Positions 10,255-22,606 of a DNA stretch of 64,000 nt are shown one piece after another. The notes beneath the pieces were generated by a model that searched no databases, was not told the DNA's origin, and saw only the letters and a list, made by a program, of their open reading frames with translations. The position numbers were made by a program, and so were the translations under genes. Every line of letters begins with the position of its first letter. Within the stretch, counting starts at the first letter, position 1. The DNA is from Escherichia coli (lineage in GTDB: Bacteria > Pseudomonadota > Gammaproteobacteria > Enterobacterales > Enterobacteriaceae), in the NCBI RefSeq assembly GCF_965641715.1, contig NZ_OZ282453.1; one strand, written 5' to 3'.

Positions 10255-12270
10255 ATGGCTGAACTGACTGCGCTTCACACATTAACAGCGCAAATGAAAC
10301 GTGAAGGGATCCGCCGCTTGCTGGTGTTGAGCGGGGAAGAGGGTTGGTGTTTTGATCATGCGCTTAAGTTACGTGATGCCTTACCTGGCGACTGGCTGTG
10401 GATTTCGCCGCAGCCAGATGCTGAAAACCACTGTTCTCCCTCGGCACTACAAACTTTACTTGGGCGCGAGTTCCGGCATGCGGTATTCGACGCCCGCCAC
10501 GGCTTTGATGCCGCTGCCTTTGCCGCACTTAGCGGAACGTTGAAAGCGGGAAGCTGGCTGGTTTTGTTACTCCCTGTATGGGAAGAGTGGGAAAACCAAC
10601 CTGATGCCGACTCGCTGCGCTGGAGTGATTGCCCTGACCCTATTGCGACGCCGCATTTTGTCCAGCATTTCAAACGCGTACTTACGGCGGATAACGACGC
10701 TATCCTCTGGCGGCAAAACCAGCCGTTCTCGTTGGCGCATTTTACTCCCCGTACTGACTGGCACCCCGCGACCGGCGCACCACAACCAGAACAACAGCAA
10801 CTCTTACAGCAGCTACTGACCATGCCGTCGGGCGTGGCAGCGGTAACTGCTGCGCGTGGGCGCGGTAAATCGGCGCTGGCAGGGCAACTCATTTCTCGTA
10901 TTGCGGGCAGTGCGATTGTCACTGCGCCCGCAAAAGCGGCAACGGATGTACTGGCACAATTTGCGGGCGAGAAGTTTCGCTTTATTGCGCCGGATGCCTT
11001 GTTAGCCAGCGATGAGCAAGCCGACTGGCTGGTGGTCGATGAAGCCGCAGCCATACCTGCGCCGTTGTTGCATCAACTGGTATCGCGTTTTCCTCGAACG
11101 TTGTTAACCACTACGGTGCAGGGCTACGAAGGCACCGGACGTGGTTTTTTGCTGAAATTTTGCGCTCGCTTTCCGCATTTACACCGTTTTGAACTGCAAC
11201 AGCCGATCCGCTGGGCACAGGGATGCCCGCTGGAAAAAATGGTTAGTGAGGCACTGGTTTTTGACGATGAAAACTTCACCCATACACCACAAGGCAATAT
11301 TGTCATTTCCGCATTTGAACAGACGTTATGGCGAATCGAGCCAGAAACGCCGTTAAAGGTTTATCAGTTATTGTCTGGTGCGCACTACCGGACTTCGCCA
11401 CTGGATTTACGCCGCATGATGGATGCACCAGGGCAACATTTTTTACAGGCGGCTGGCGAAAACGAGATTGCCGGAGCGCTGTGGCTGGTGGATGAGGGTG
11501 GATTATCTCAAGAACTCAGTCAGGCGGTATGGGCAGGTTTTCGTCGCCCGCGGGGTAATCTGGTGGCCCAGTCGCTGGCGGCGCACGGCAGCAATCCACT
11601 GGCGGCGACATTGCGTGGACGGCGGGTCAGCCGGATTGCAGTCCATCCGGCGCGTCAGCGCGAAGGCGTTGGGCAACAGCTCATTGCCAGCGCTTTGCAA
11701 TATAGGCCTGGCCTCGACTATCTTTCGGTGAGTTTTGGTTACACCGGGGAGTTATGGCGTTTCTGGCAACGCTGCGGTTTTGTGCTGGTGCGAATGGGTA
11801 ATCATCGTGAAGCCAGCAGCGGTTGCTATACGGCGATGGCGCTGTTACCGATGAGTGATGCGGGTAAACAGCTGGCTGAACGTGAGCATTACCGTTTACG
11901 TCGCGATGCGCAAGCTCTCGCGCAGTGGAATGGCGAAATGCTTCCTGTTGATCCACTAAACGATATCGTGCTTTCTGACGACGACTGGCTTGAACTGGCC
12001 GGTTTTGCTTTCGCTCATCGTCCGCTATTAACATCGTTAGGTTGCTTATTGCGTCTGCTACAAACCAGTGAACTGGCATTACCGGCGCTGCGTGGGCGTT
12101 TACAGAAAAACGCCAGTGACGCGCAGTTATGTACCACACTTAAACTTTCAGGCCGCAAGATGTTACTGGTCCGTCAGCGGGAAGAGGCCGCACAGGCGCT
12201 GTTCGCACTTAATGAGGTTCGCACTGAGCGTCTGCGCGATCGCATAACGCAATGGCAATTTTTTCACTGA
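10255..12270 (+). CDS. tmcA: tRNA(Met) cytidine acetyltransferase (helicase + GNAT domains)
   Basis: 671 aa, MAELTALHTLTAQMKREGIRRLLVLSGEE, Walker A ARGRGKS. Confidence 0.93.
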   Translation: MAELTALHTLTAQMKREGIRRLLVLSGEEGWCFDHALKLRDALPGDWLWISPQPDAENHCSPSALQTLLGREFRHAVFDARHGFDAAAFAALSGTLKAGSWLVLLLPVWEEWENQPDADSLRWSDCPDPIATPHFVQHFKRVLTADNDAILWRQNQPFSLAHFTPRTDWHPATGAPQPEQQQLLQQLLTMPSGVAAVTAARGRGKSALAGQLISRIAGSAIVTAPAKAATDVLAQFAGEKFRFIAPDALLASDEQADWLVVDEAAAIPAPLLHQLVSRFPRTLLTTTVQGYEGTGRGFLLKFCARFPHLHRFELQQPIRWAQGCPLEKMVSEALVFDDENFTHTPQGNIVISAFEQTLWRIEPETPLKVYQLLSGAHYRTSPLDLRRMMDAPGQHFLQAAGENEIAGALWLVDEGGLSQELSQAVWAGFRRPRGNLVAQSLAAHGSNPLAATLRGRRVSRIAVHPARQREGVGQQLIASALQYRPGLDYLSVSFGYTGELWRFWQRCGFVLVRMGNHREASSGCYTAMALLPMSDAGKQLAEREHYRLRRDAQALAQWNGEMLPVDPLNDIVLSDDDWLELAGFAFAHRPLLTSLGCLLRLLQTSELALPALRGRLQKNASDAQLCTTLKLSGRKMLLVRQREEAAQALFALNEVRTERLRDRITQWQFFH

Positions 12271-12343
12271 CTCCTTCAATTTTCTCCCATGGTCATTGTG
12301 AGTCAGCGGCGTAAAATTAATAACATCAGTTAAGGAGTTCGCC

Positions 12344-13042
12344 ATGAAACATGACCATTTTGTTGTTCAAAGCCCGGATAAACCTGCGCAACAGTTGTTA
12401 CTGCTTTTCCACGGTGTCGGGGATAACCCGGTGGCAATGGGGGAAATAGGCAGCTGGTTTGCGCCGCTATTTCCTGATGCGCTGGTGGTGAGTGTCGGAG
12501 GCGCGGAGCCGAGCGGTAATCCGGCGGGGCGTCAGTGGTTTTCGGTGCAGGGTATTACGGAAGATAATCGCCAGGCGCGTGTGGATGCGATCATGCCGAC
12601 GTTTATTGAAACGGTACGCTACTGGCAGAAACAGAGTGGAGTAGGGGCTAACGCCACGGCGCTAATTGGTTTCTCACAAGGCGCGATTATGGCGCTGGAG
12701 AGCATTAAAGCCGAACCGGGCCTTGCCTCACGCGTCATTGCCTTTAACGGACGCTATGCGAGCCTGCCGGAAACCGCGTCTACAGCCACGACAATTCACC
12801 TGATTCATGGCGGTGAAGATCCGGTTATCGATCTGGCGCATGCAGTTGCGGCGCAGGAAGCGTTAATCAGTGCCGGTGGTGACGTGACGCTGGATATCGT
12901 GGAGGATTTAGGCCATGCGATCGACAATCGCAGTATGCAATTTGCCCTGGATCACTTGCGTTATACCATTCCGAAACATTATTTCGACGAAGCGCTAAGT
13001 GGCGGTAAGCCTGGCGATGATGATGTGATTGAAATGATGTAA
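12344..13042 (+). CDS. ypfH: Esterase/phospholipase-carboxylesterase family protein
   Basis: 232 aa, GFSQG nucleophile-elbow motif. Confidence 0.9.
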   Translation: MKHDHFVVQSPDKPAQQLLLLFHGVGDNPVAMGEIGSWFAPLFPDALVVSVGGAEPSGNPAGRQWFSVQGITEDNRQARVDAIMPTFIETVRYWQKQSGVGANATALIGFSQGAIMALESIKAEPGLASRVIAFNGRYASLPETASTATTIHLIHGGEDPVIDLAHAVAAQEALISAGGDVTLDIVEDLGHAIDNRSMQFALDHLRYTIPKHYFDEALSGGKPGDDDVIEMM

Positions 13043-13048
13043 TAATAG

Positions 13049-13116
13049 CCGGGTAGGGCTGATAAGACCGTATCAGACATCATGGCCGGATGCGGCGTGA
13101 ACGCCTTATCCGGCCA
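13049..13116. repeat. REP element(s)
   Basis: gccggatgcggcgtgaacgccttatccggcc is a canonical REP sequence. Confidence 0.85.
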
Positions 13117-13122
13117 CTCAGC

Positions 13123-13323
13123 TTACTTCTTCGGTTGATCCTTTTTCGGCCAGTCGTCGTCATCGTCCCACTTATCGTTGAAATCACGATGCGGGGGAAG
13201 CTCCGGCTTGTTGGCGAGAAATTTCTTATGGTCGACGCGCTTGAGATCTTTAATCACGTTCAGCAGGACGCCTACCAAAAAGACAATCACCAGAATCCAC
13301 CAATATTTAGCCAGCCAGTCCAT
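13123..13323 (-). CDS. ypfN: Small membrane protein YpfN (UPF0370)
   Basis: ORF 13123-13347; start at Met9 ([23 protein letters not shown]), 66 aa, acidic DDDDDW tail. Confidence 0.85.
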
Positions 13324-13350
13324 GCTTATTTCCTCTTGCAGAACCACTCA

Positions 13351-14478
13351 TCACGCGACGAGCTGTTCCATGATACGTTGATACATACGGGCAAGTAGCT
13401 GCAGGTCGGCAGCGTTCACACATTCATTAATTTTATGAATAGTGGCATTGACCGGCCCGAGTTCCACCACCTGCGCCCCCATGCGGGCAATAAAGCGCCC
13501 GTCGGACGTTCCGCCTGTGGTCAGTAGCTGCGGTTTAATTTCATTATAGTGCTCAACCGCGTTAACGACCGCATCCACCAGTTTACCGCGCGCGGTCAAA
13601 AATGGCTGCCCGGAAAGCCACCAGTCCACCGTATAACGCAGTTGATGTTTTTCAAGCAGGGCAAGTACCTGCGCTTTGATCATCTCATCAGTCAGTTCGG
13701 TACTGAAGCGGAAGTTAAACTGCACAAACAGTTCACCCGGAATAACGTTGTTACTGCCCGTTCCCGCCTGAATATTGGCAATCTGCATACTGGTCGCCGG
13801 GAAGAATTCATTGCCTTGATCCCACTCAATAGCCACTAATTCATTAAGGAAAGGTGCTGCGCGATGTACCGGATTGTCAGCCAGATGTGGGTAGGCAACA
13901 TGCCCCTGAACGCCATGAATGGTTAGGTTGCAGGTTAACGATCCGCGACGACCATTTTTCACCACATCACCTACCACTTCGATACTCGACGGTTCGCCGA
14001 CCAGGCAGTAATCGAGACGCTCATTACGTGCCATTAACGCTTCGACGACTTTTACCGTACCATTGTGTGCACTGGCTTCTTCATCAGAGGTGATCAGAAA
14101 TGCCAGTCGCCCCGTATGGTTGGGATGTTGTGCGACAAAACGTTCTGCCGCTACCACCATCGCCGCCAGCGAGCCTTTCATATCTGCCGCACCGCGCCCG
14201 AATAACATGCCGTCACGAATGGTTGGTTCAAACGGCGGATTGATCCAACGGTCGGCGTCGCCAGGCGGCACCACGTCGGTATGCCCGGCAAAGGCTAACG
14301 TTTCACCTTGCCCACGCCATGCCCAAAAATTCTGCGTATCGGCAAAGTCCATGCGTTCAACGGTAAAACCGATCGCCTGCAAACGTTCAATCAACAAAGC
14401 CTGGCATCCTGCGTCATCAGGACTCAGGGAAGGGCGGCGAATAAGCTGTTGTGTCAGCTCAATAACCGGGCACGACAT
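13351..14478 (-). CDS. dapE: Succinyl-diaminopimelate desuccinylase
   Basis: 375 aa, [27 protein letters not shown]20 peptidase family. Confidence 0.95.
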
Positions 14479-14481
14479 AGA

Positions 14482-14856
<375 letters not shown>

Positions 14857-15218
14857 TTATGAGAATAAATACTCATTTAAGGGTGAAAACATTTTGCCTG
14901 CAAATGATTATCAGGAAATATAACATTATCGAAGTATTCAAATTAACAACTATTAAATAATATTAAACATTTTTAACGTAAACATTAAGAATATTCATCT
15001 TGTTATCTGTCTGTATTTTAACCAGAATTAAATCAGTATTAGATGCCGTATGAATATCTCGAAATGTTGCTGTGTATCACATACAAATTATCACCGCAGG
15101 ACCATAGTATTTACATAAGGTTTGTCCCCCGGAGGTAGTCATCGCAGCAATCGAGTAAATTAGCTTCACCACGGTATATTGTTTCCGTAGAATACCCATA
15201 ATTATAAGAGAGGTTGTT

Positions 15219-15278
15219 ATGATTGAACGTGAACTGGGGAACTGGAAAGACTTTATCGAAGTTATGCTTCGTAAGTAA
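15219..15278 (+). CDS. ypfM: 19-aa small stress-induced protein YpfM
   Basis: ATG ATT GAA CGT ... AAG TAA encodes MIERELGNWKDFIEVMLRK. AGAGAGG RBS upstream and a tandem hairpin terminator downstream. Below the ORF-track length cutoff. Confidence 0.75.
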   Translation: MIERELGNWKDFIEVMLRK

Positions 15279-15302
15279 TTCCTGAGACAAAGTATAAACA
15301 GC

Positions 15303-15371
15303 AAGAACCCGCTGAGCAGGTTCTTAATCGGAAAGTTGAAAAAGGCGACACATTGGCATGTCGCCTTTTTT
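15303..15371. terminator. Two hairpins between convergent ypfM and acrD; the second is a bidirectional terminator
   Basis: aagaacc-N9-ggttctt at 15303-15325. ggcgaca-N8-tgtcgcc at 15344-15365, flanked by an A-run and a T-run. Confidence 0.75.
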
Positions 15372-15376
15372 ATTGC

Positions 15377-18300
15377 TTATTCCGGGCGCGGCTTCAGCGG
15401 GAAGCGGCGGCGCACCAGCACAAAGAACAGCGGCACGAAGTAAATAGCCAGAATAGTAGCCGAAATCATCCCGCCCATTACGCCAGTACCCACCGCATGC
15501 TGACCACCGGAACCGGCACCCGTGCTGGTTGCCATTGGCAATACGCCGAAGATAAATGCCAGCGAGGTCATCAGAATCGGGCGTAAACGCTGACGGCAGG
15601 CGTGGAGCGTCGCTTCAAACAGGTCGTGGCCTTTTTGGTTCATCTCGTTAGCAAACTCGACGATCAGGATGGCGTTTTTCGCCGATAAACCAATGACCGT
15701 TAACAGGCCCACCTGGAAGTAAACGTCGTTTTCCAGCCCGCGCATCCAGGTTGCCAGCAGCGCGCCGATTACCCCCAGCGGCACGACCAGCATTACCGAG
15801 AACGGTACCGACCAGCTTTCATACAATGCAGCCAGACACAGGAATACCACCAGCAAGGAAATGGCGTACAGCGCCGGAGCCTGCGCGCCGGAAAGCCGCT
15901 CCTGATACGACATCGCCGTCCACTCCAGACCAAAGCCGTTTGGTAGCTGCTTCACTAACGATTCCATAATATCCATCGCCGTACCGGTACTGACCCCCGG
16001 TGCGGCTTCCCCAACAATTTCAACCGCAGAATAACCGTTATAGCGTTCCAGACGCGGCGAGCCTGTCTCCCAGCGTGAGGTCGCGAAAGCAGAGAAGGGC
16101 ACCATGCCGCCATCTTTATTTCGGACATACCAGAGATTGATGTCATCTGGCAGCATGCGATACGGCGCAGCTGCCTGCACATAGACTTTCTTCACGCGAC
16201 CGCGATCCATAAAGTCATTCACATAGCTCGAACCCCAGGCGGTTTGCAGTGTGTCGTTAATATCGTCGATAGCAACGCCCAGCGCCTGAGCTTTACGCTG
16301 GTCGATATCAATCTGCAACTGCGGACTGTCGTCGAGGCCGTTATGGCGCACACGGGTTAGCTCCGGGTTTTCCGCCGCCAGCGCCAGCAACTGGTTACGT
16401 GCTGCCATCAGCGCATCGTGACCTGCTCCAGCGTGGTCCTGCAACTCCATATCAAAACCTGCAGAACTACCAAGACCGCTAATTGCTGGCGGGCTGCTGG
16501 CGATAACGCGAGCTTCTTTAATTTGGTTAAACGCCTTTGTTGCACGCTCGATAATGGCAAACGAGGTGCCGGTCTTACTGTCGCGTTCGCTCCAGTCTTT
16601 CAGGCGGATAAACATTCGCGCCACGTTTTGCCCGTTACCCCCAGGGCCAGAACCAACAGTGGCAAACACCGACATGATGTTGTCTTTTTCATGGGTGAAG
16701 TAATATTTCTCGATTTGCTCAACGACTTTCAGGGTCTGTTGTTGGGTTGAACCGCTGGGCAATTGTACCGAGGTAGTAAACATGCCACGGTCTTCCAGCG
16801 GTAAGAACGACGTCGGCAAACGCAGGAACAGGAACACCATGCCGCCAAGCAGCAGGACATAAATCACAATCCAGCGCAGGCTACGGTGGAGAATTTTCGC
16901 CACCCCTTTTTCGTAGCGTTCGGCGTTGCGGTTAAACATCTGGTTAAACCAGGCAAAAAAGCCTTTTTGCCCGTGATGCTCACCTTTTTTCAGTGGCTTA
17001 AGTAGCGTGGCACACAGAGCCGGAGTGAGGATCATCGCTACCAGTACTGACAGCACCATCGCCGCAACAATGGTAATAGAGAACTGGCGATAGATGGCAC
17101 CGGTGGTGCCGCCGAAGAAGGCCATTGGTACAAATACCGCCGAAAGCACCATCGCAATCCCGACCAGTGCCCCCTGGATCTGCCCCATCGATTTACGTGT
17201 GGCTTCGCGAGGAGTGAGTCCTTCCTCACTCATAATACGTTCGACGTTTTCCACCACCACGATGGCGTCATCCACCAGCAGACCGATCGCCAGTACCATC
17301 GCGAACATGGTTAAGGTGTTGACGCTGTAACCGAAGGCGTAAAGTACGGAGAAGGTTCCCATCAACACCACCGGCACGGCGATAGTGGGTATCAGCGTGG
17401 CGCGGAAGTTTTGCAGGAACAGATACATAACGAGGAAAACCAGAGCGATAGCTTCCAGCAGCGTTTTCACCACGTCTTCAATGGAGGCTTTAACAAACGA
17501 GGTGGTTTCATACGCCACCTTGTATTCCAGTCCGTGCGGGAAGTACTGCGCCAGCTCGTCGAGACGATTGAGCACCAGCTCCGCTGTCGCCATTTCGTTT
17601 GCGCCGGAGGCCAGTTTTACCCCCAACCCGGAGGCTGGCTTACCATTGAAGCGGCTAAGATAATCGTATTTCTCCGCCCCCATCTCGACGGTGGCGACAT
17701 CGCCCAGCCTTACCTCTGAGCCGTCCTGATTCACCCGCAAGGTGATATCGCGGAACTGTTCTGGTGTTTGCAGCAGTGACTGGGCGTTAATGGTGGCGTT
17801 GAGCGCCTGCTTATCGACGGAAGGTGTACCCCCAAGTTGCCCAACCGCAATCTGCGCGTTCTGTGACTCAATGGCATCAGTGACATCTTTAGCCGTCATC
17901 TGGAAACTGTTGAGTTTCGCCGGGTCCAGCCAGATACGCATGGAATATTGCGAACCATAGGCATCGATATCCCCGACGCCATTCACGCGGCTTAACGGGT
18001 CCTGAATATTACTGGCAACATAATCGGCAATATCCTGTTTATCCATCGAACCATCGGTAGAGACGAAGGCAATGGTCAGAATGTTGGTATCGCCGGTTTT
18101 ACGCACCGTCACGCCCTGATTTTGCACCGCCTGCGGTAACTTTCGCATGGCTGATTGCAGCTGGTTTTGTACTTGCTGCACGGCTTCGTCCGGATCGGTG
18201 CCTGCTTTAAAACTTAAAGTGACAGATGCCTGACCGGTGCCACTGCTCTGAGATGACATATACATGAGATTATCGAGGCCAGTCATATTTTGCTCGATAA

Positions 18301-18490
18301 CCTGGGTCACGGTGTTTTCCAGCGTCTGGGCCGATGCGCCGGGATAGTTAGCGGTCACTCGCACATTCGGTGGCGCGAGATCGGGGTATTGTTCAACGGG
18401 CAATGAAAAAATCGCCAGGGTACCTGTCAGACACAACAGGATTGCCAGCACCCAGGCAAAAATGGGGCGATCAATAAAGAAATTCGCCAT
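15377..18490 (-). CDS. acrD: RND aminoglycoside/multidrug efflux pump AcrD
   Basis: 1037 aa, [36 protein letters not shown]. Confidence 0.96.
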   Translation of the reverse strand: MANFFIDRPIFAWVLAILLCLTGTLAIFSLPVEQYPDLAPPNVRVTANYPGASAQTLENTVTQVIEQNMTGLDNLMYMSSQSSGTGQASVTLSFKAGTDPDEAVQQVQNQLQSAMRKLPQAVQNQGVTVRKTGDTNILTIAFVSTDGSMDKQDIADYVASNIQDPLSRVNGVGDIDAYGSQYSMRIWLDPAKLNSFQMTAKDVTDAIESQNAQIAVGQLGGTPSVDKQALNATINAQSLLQTPEQFRDITLRVNQDGSEVRLGDVATVEMGAEKYDYLSRFNGKPASGLGVKLASGANEMATAELVLNRLDELAQYFPHGLEYKVAYETTSFVKASIEDVVKTLLEAIALVFLVMYLFLQNFRATLIPTIAVPVVLMGTFSVLYAFGYSVNTLTMFAMVLAIGLLVDDAIVVVENVERIMSEEGLTPREATRKSMGQIQGALVGIAMVLSAVFVPMAFFGGTTGAIYRQFSITIVAAMVLSVLVAMILTPALCATLLKPLKKGEHHGQKGFFAWFNQMFNRNAERYEKGVAKILHRSLRWIVIYVLLLGGMVFLFLRLPTSFLPLEDRGMFTTSVQLPSGSTQQQTLKVVEQIEKYYFTHEKDNIMSVFATVGSGPGGNGQNVARMFIRLKDWSERDSKTGTSFAIIERATKAFNQIKEARVIASSPPAISGLGSSAGFDMELQDHAGAGHDALMAARNQLLALAAENPELTRVRHNGLDDSPQLQIDIDQRKAQALGVAIDDINDTLQTAWGSSYVNDFMDRGRVKKVYVQAAAPYRMLPDDINLWYVRNKDGGMVPFSAFATSRWETGSPRLERYNGYSAVEIVGEAAPGVSTGTAMDIMESLVKQLPNGFGLEWTAMSYQERLSGAQAPALYAISLLVVFLCLAALYESWSVPFSVMLVVPLGVIGALLATWMRGLENDVYFQVGLLTVIGLSAKNAILIVEFANEMNQKGHDLFEATLHACRQRLRPILMTSLAFIFGVLPMATSTGAGSGGQHAVGTGVMGGMISATILAIYFVPLFFVLVRRRFPLKPRPE

Positions 18491-18653
18491 TAAAAGAGGA
18501 CCTCGTGTTTCTGCGTATCGTTGTAGGCTTGACTTGCTTCACTGTAGCGGCAAGGTACGAGCCAATCGTGGAGAAAAAAAGGAGTTAATGTAAATTATCA
18601 TGCCCTTTTATACTGAACCTTAAGTGCAAGTATTCTTTGGTCAGTAGGAGGCA

Positions 18654-20354
18654 TTACATTAACTGACTTTCCTCACCCTCCGCAGAGCGAAAGCTAATAC
18701 TCACTAACGTGCCGCCGCCGGAAGGTTGTGAAAAAGTCAGCGTCCCACCCAGCCGTTCCGCGCGTTCGCGCATGATATTCAGACCATAATGACCTTCGGG
18801 TTCTTTCGGTTCACCGATACCAATCCCGTTATCACGGATATAAACCGTGTGATTGCCGTCCGGCGCGGTGACGCAACTGACGGCAATTTCGCTGGCGTTG
18901 GCGTGCTTCATCGCATTTAGCACCGCTTCGCGAATAATTTGCAACAAATGCACCTGCATTTGCGCATCCAGCGCCAGGGTTGGCAGACGGCAGTCGAGGG
19001 TCAGTTTGGCGCTGGTTTGATTTTGTAACGTATCCAGCATTTCCCTCAACGCGGAGGGGAGATCCGCCTGCTGCAGCGTCAGGCGGAAAGTAGTCAACAG
19101 CTCGCGTAACTGCCGATAAGCATCATTCAACGCCTGGGAAAAATCGGCCATGATACTTTGTGCGGTGTCGTTATCTTCCGGTATCGAACGCTTCAGTAAC
19201 GTCAACTGGATACGTAAGTAAGAAAGCACCTGAGCCAGCGAGTCGTGCAATTCGCGGGCGATGGTCGCACGTTCTTCCATCAACAATAACTGCTGAAAAT
19301 GCTTCTGCGCCTGATTAAAGTACAAACCGCGTCCCAGCATCGACGAAACGCTGTTAAGCAGCGGTTCTGATGATGAAACGTGACTATTTTGCCAGTGCAG
19401 TTCGCCGTAAACCGTCTCTTGCATTGTCACCGGTAAAATCTGCATCGGCAATTCCGGGTTTGGTTGCCCTTCGCTAATCCGCCAGTTTTCACCGACATTT
19501 AACTCCAGATATTCAGCCGCTTCATTGTCGCGAACAATCTGCAAAATATGGCGGAAACAATGCACATCAATCTGGCTGGTGTTCAGCGCCTGCGAACACT
19601 GATACAACACCTCCAGACGACGCTTGGCCTCGTGGAGATCGCGGGTCTTTTCTTCTACTGACGCCTCCAGCGAACGGTACAATTTATGTAGCTCGCTCGA
19701 CATCTGGTTAAAGGTTTTTGCAAGCAGGCCAAGCTCATTCGGCAGGCTGGTATCCAGCGGTGGCGAGTCGAACTGTCCGTGTTCAATACGCTGACTGGCG
19801 GTAACCAGCTGATTCAGCGGGGCAACCACCTGATGGCGTATGCGGCGCAAAGTAAAAAAGACCAGCGTGAAAATACCGATGCCGCCAGCCAGGGAAATCG
19901 CCACCACCAGCAGCATTTTGCGTTCAGCGTAGTGCTGTAAAGCCAGCACGAACAGGTCTATCTGATTAACATAATTATTAATATTGGCCTGATACCACGG
20001 CAAGTCGCCCTTGCTGAGACGATTATTCATCTCCAGCCAGTTGGCATTCAGATGCGCATAGCGAGTTTTTACTGCCTCTGGCACATACCAGACGTTGAGG
20101 TTGGTTAATACCGGTGAATGCAGTGCCTGCTGAAATAACTGGCGATGTGCATTGAGTTGTGGACTGCCACTTTGCAAGTCGTAGCCCAGGCGGTAACTCT
20201 GCATACGCAGCGATCCGGCAATATTGATAGCCTCAGCGTCGCGCAAACTGCTCGCCAGAGTTAGCAGAGCGATACCCGTGGAAAGAATCGACAGCAGCAC
20301 AATGTAAAAAAAGGCCCGGGCCAGACTGGCCGAGACGGGTCGTTTAACAATCAC
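18654..20354 (-). CDS. narQ: Nitrate/nitrite sensor histidine kinase NarQ
   Basis: ORF 18654-20369. The GTG at 20354 gives (M)IVKRPVSASLARAFFYIVLL, 566 aa, with HAMP, HisKA_3 and HATPase domains. Confidence 0.9.
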   Translation of the reverse strand: MIVKRPVSASLARAFFYIVLLSILSTGIALLTLASSLRDAEAINIAGSLRMQSYRLGYDLQSGSPQLNAHRQLFQQALHSPVLTNLNVWYVPEAVKTRYAHLNANWLEMNNRLSKGDLPWYQANINNYVNQIDLFVLALQHYAERKMLLVVAISLAGGIGIFTLVFFTLRRIRHQVVAPLNQLVTASQRIEHGQFDSPPLDTSLPNELGLLAKTFNQMSSELHKLYRSLEASVEEKTRDLHEAKRRLEVLYQCSQALNTSQIDVHCFRHILQIVRDNEAAEYLELNVGENWRISEGQPNPELPMQILPVTMQETVYGELHWQNSHVSSSEPLLNSVSSMLGRGLYFNQAQKHFQQLLLMEERATIARELHDSLAQVLSYLRIQLTLLKRSIPEDNDTAQSIMADFSQALNDAYRQLRELLTTFRLTLQQADLPSALREMLDTLQNQTSAKLTLDCRLPTLALDAQMQVHLLQIIREAVLNAMKHANASEIAVSCVTAPDGNHTVYIRDNGIGIGEPKEPEGHYGLNIMRERAERLGGTLTFSQPSGGGTLVSISFRSAEGEESQLM

Positions 20355-20559
20355 ACGCGTCTTCTCCACAAAAAATCATTAATGTTCCAGTTCGCTGAAA
20401 CGCAATTTAGTCAGTGATGGGATTATTTGATCTGCCACAGTTTATAGCGAAATAGTTACTTATTCTGGGCACATGAACATTGCCGATTCCCCTGTAAGTC
20501 GGGTAATAACAACACTCATATAAAGAATAAGGTTTTTACAACCAAAAAAGAAGGTCGTT

Positions 20560-22539
20560 ATGAATCGTTTTATTATGGCCAACAGTCAGCAATGTCTGGG
20601 TTGTCATGCTTGTGAAATCGCTTGTGTCATGGCTCACAATGATGAGCAACATGTCCTGAGCCAACATCATTTTCATCCCCGAATTACGGTTATCAAACAT
20701 CAGCAGCAACGTAGTGCAGTGACCTGTCACCATTGTGAAGATGCGCCCTGCGCCCGTAGCTGCCCTAATGGCGCAATCAGCCACGTTGATGACAGCATTC
20801 AGGTCAATCAGCAAAAGTGTATTGGCTGTAAATCCTGCGTGGTGGCCTGTCCGTTTGGTACGATGCAAATCGTCCTGACACCCGTCGCAGCGGGCAAAGT
20901 TAAAGCCACGGCGCATAAATGCGACCTTTGTGCAGGGCGCGAAAACGGTCCTGCCTGTGTCGAGAATTGCCCGGCGGACGCGCTGCAGCTGGTCACTGAC
21001 GCCGCACTCTCAGGCATGGCGAAATCCCGCCGCTTGCGTACCGCACGTCAGGAACATCAACCGTGGCATGCCAGTACCGCTGCACAAGAAATGCCGGTAA
21101 TGAGTAAAGTCGAACAAATGCAGGCAACGCCCGCGCGTGGCGAGCCGGATAAACTGGCGATTGAAGCGCGCAAAACCGGTTTTGATGAAATTTATCTGCC
21201 ATTCCGTGCCGATCAGGCACAACGGGAAGCCTCGCGCTGCCTTAAATGCGGCGAGCACAGCGTTTGTGAATGGACCTGCCCGCTGCATAACCATATACCG
21301 CAGTGGATTGAACTGGTGAAAGCCGGAAACATCGACGCCGCCGTCGAGCTTTCTCACCTGACCAACACCCTGCCGGAAATTACCGGACGCGTTTGTCCGC
21401 AAGACCGTTTGTGTGAAGGTGCCTGTACTATTCGCGATGAGCACGGTGCGGTAACTATCGGCAACATTGAACGCTACATTTCAGATCAGGCGTTGGCGAA
21501 AGGTTGGCGCCCTGACTTAAGCCATGTCACCAAAGTGGACAAGCGGGTGGCGATTATCGGTGCAGGTCCGGCAGGGCTGGCCTGTGCGGATGTTCTGACC
21601 CGCAATGGCGTGGCGGTGACGGTGTACGATCGCCATCCAGAAATCGGTGGCTTGCTCACTTTCGGCATTCCTTCTTTCAAACTGGATAAATCCCTGCTGG
21701 CACGCCGTCGGGAAATCTTCAGCGCGATGGGGATTCACTTCGAACTCAATTGTGAAGTGGGTAAAGATGTCTCTTTGGATTCGCTTTTGGAACAATACGA
21801 CGCGGTCTTCGTTGGCGTAGGCACTTACCGTTCCATGAAAGCGGGTTTACCCAATGAAGATGCGCCGGGCGTTTATGACGCGCTGCCGTTCCTCATCGCC
21901 AACACTAAACAGGTGATGGGGCTCGAAGAGCTACCGGAAGAGCCGTTTATCAATACCGCCGGACTTAACGTCGTGGTACTGGGCGGCGGCGACACCGCGA
22001 TGGACTGTGTGCGTACTGCGCTGCGCCACGGCGCGAGTAACGTCACCTGCGCTTATCGTCGTGATGAAGCTAACATGCCAGGCTCGAAGAAAGAGGTGAA
22101 GAACGCCCGCGAAGAGGGGGCCAACTTCGAATTTAACGTCCAGCCGGTGGCGCTTGAGCTGAATGAACAAGGTCACGTTTGCGGGATTCGTTTCCTGCGT
22201 ACGCGTCTTGGCGAGCCGGATGCCCAGGGGCGTCGGCGTCCAGTACCGGTGGAAGGCAGTGAATTTGTCATGCCAGCCGACGCGGTGATTATGGCGTTTG
22301 GCTTCAATCCGCACGGGATGCCGTGGCTGGAGTCGCACGGTGTAACGGTAGACAAATGGGGCCGCATCATCGCGGATGTGGAAAGCCAGTACCGTTACCA
22401 GACCACCAATCCGAAAATCTTCGCCGGTGGCGACGCCGTGCGTGGTGCGGATCTGGTGGTTACCGCAATGGCAGAAGGACGTCATGCGGCACAGGGGATT
22501 ATTGACTGGCTGGGGGTAAAATCAGTCAAATCTCACTGA
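20560..22539 (+). CDS. aegA: Fe-S / FAD-NAD(P) oxidoreductase AegA (GltD-like)
   Basis: 659 aa, N-terminal 4Fe-4S ferredoxin repeats, C-terminal GAGPAG dinucleotide fold. Confidence 0.93.
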   Translation: MNRFIMANSQQCLGCHACEIACVMAHNDEQHVLSQHHFHPRITVIKHQQQRSAVTCHHCEDAPCARSCPNGAISHVDDSIQVNQQKCIGCKSCVVACPFGTMQIVLTPVAAGKVKATAHKCDLCAGRENGPACVENCPADALQLVTDAALSGMAKSRRLRTARQEHQPWHASTAAQEMPVMSKVEQMQATPARGEPDKLAIEARKTGFDEIYLPFRADQAQREASRCLKCGEHSVCEWTCPLHNHIPQWIELVKAGNIDAAVELSHLTNTLPEITGRVCPQDRLCEGACTIRDEHGAVTIGNIERYISDQALAKGWRPDLSHVTKVDKRVAIIGAGPAGLACADVLTRNGVAVTVYDRHPEIGGLLTFGIPSFKLDKSLLARRREIFSAMGIHFELNCEVGKDVSLDSLLEQYDAVFVGVGTYRSMKAGLPNEDAPGVYDALPFLIANTKQVMGLEELPEEPFINTAGLNVVVLGGGDTAMDCVRTALRHGASNVTCAYRRDEANMPGSKKEVKNAREEGANFEFNVQPVALELNEQGHVCGIRFLRTRLGEPDAQGRRRPVPVEGSEFVMPADAVIMAFGFNPHGMPWLESHGVTVDKWGRIIADVESQYRYQTTNPKIFAGGDAVRGADLVVTAMAEGRHAAQGIIDWLGVKSVKSH

Positions 22540-22606
22540 TAGCCTGCGCAGACAAACCCGACTTCACAGCGTAATATAATTGTTCATTTCGCGCTGTGGA
22601 GTCGGT

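Noticed and set aside
15077-15304. 75-aa minus-strand ORF in the AT-rich yffB-acrD intergenic region.
   Set aside because: AT-rich chance ORF overlapping the well-supported small gene ypfM and its terminator on the other strand. No RBS.
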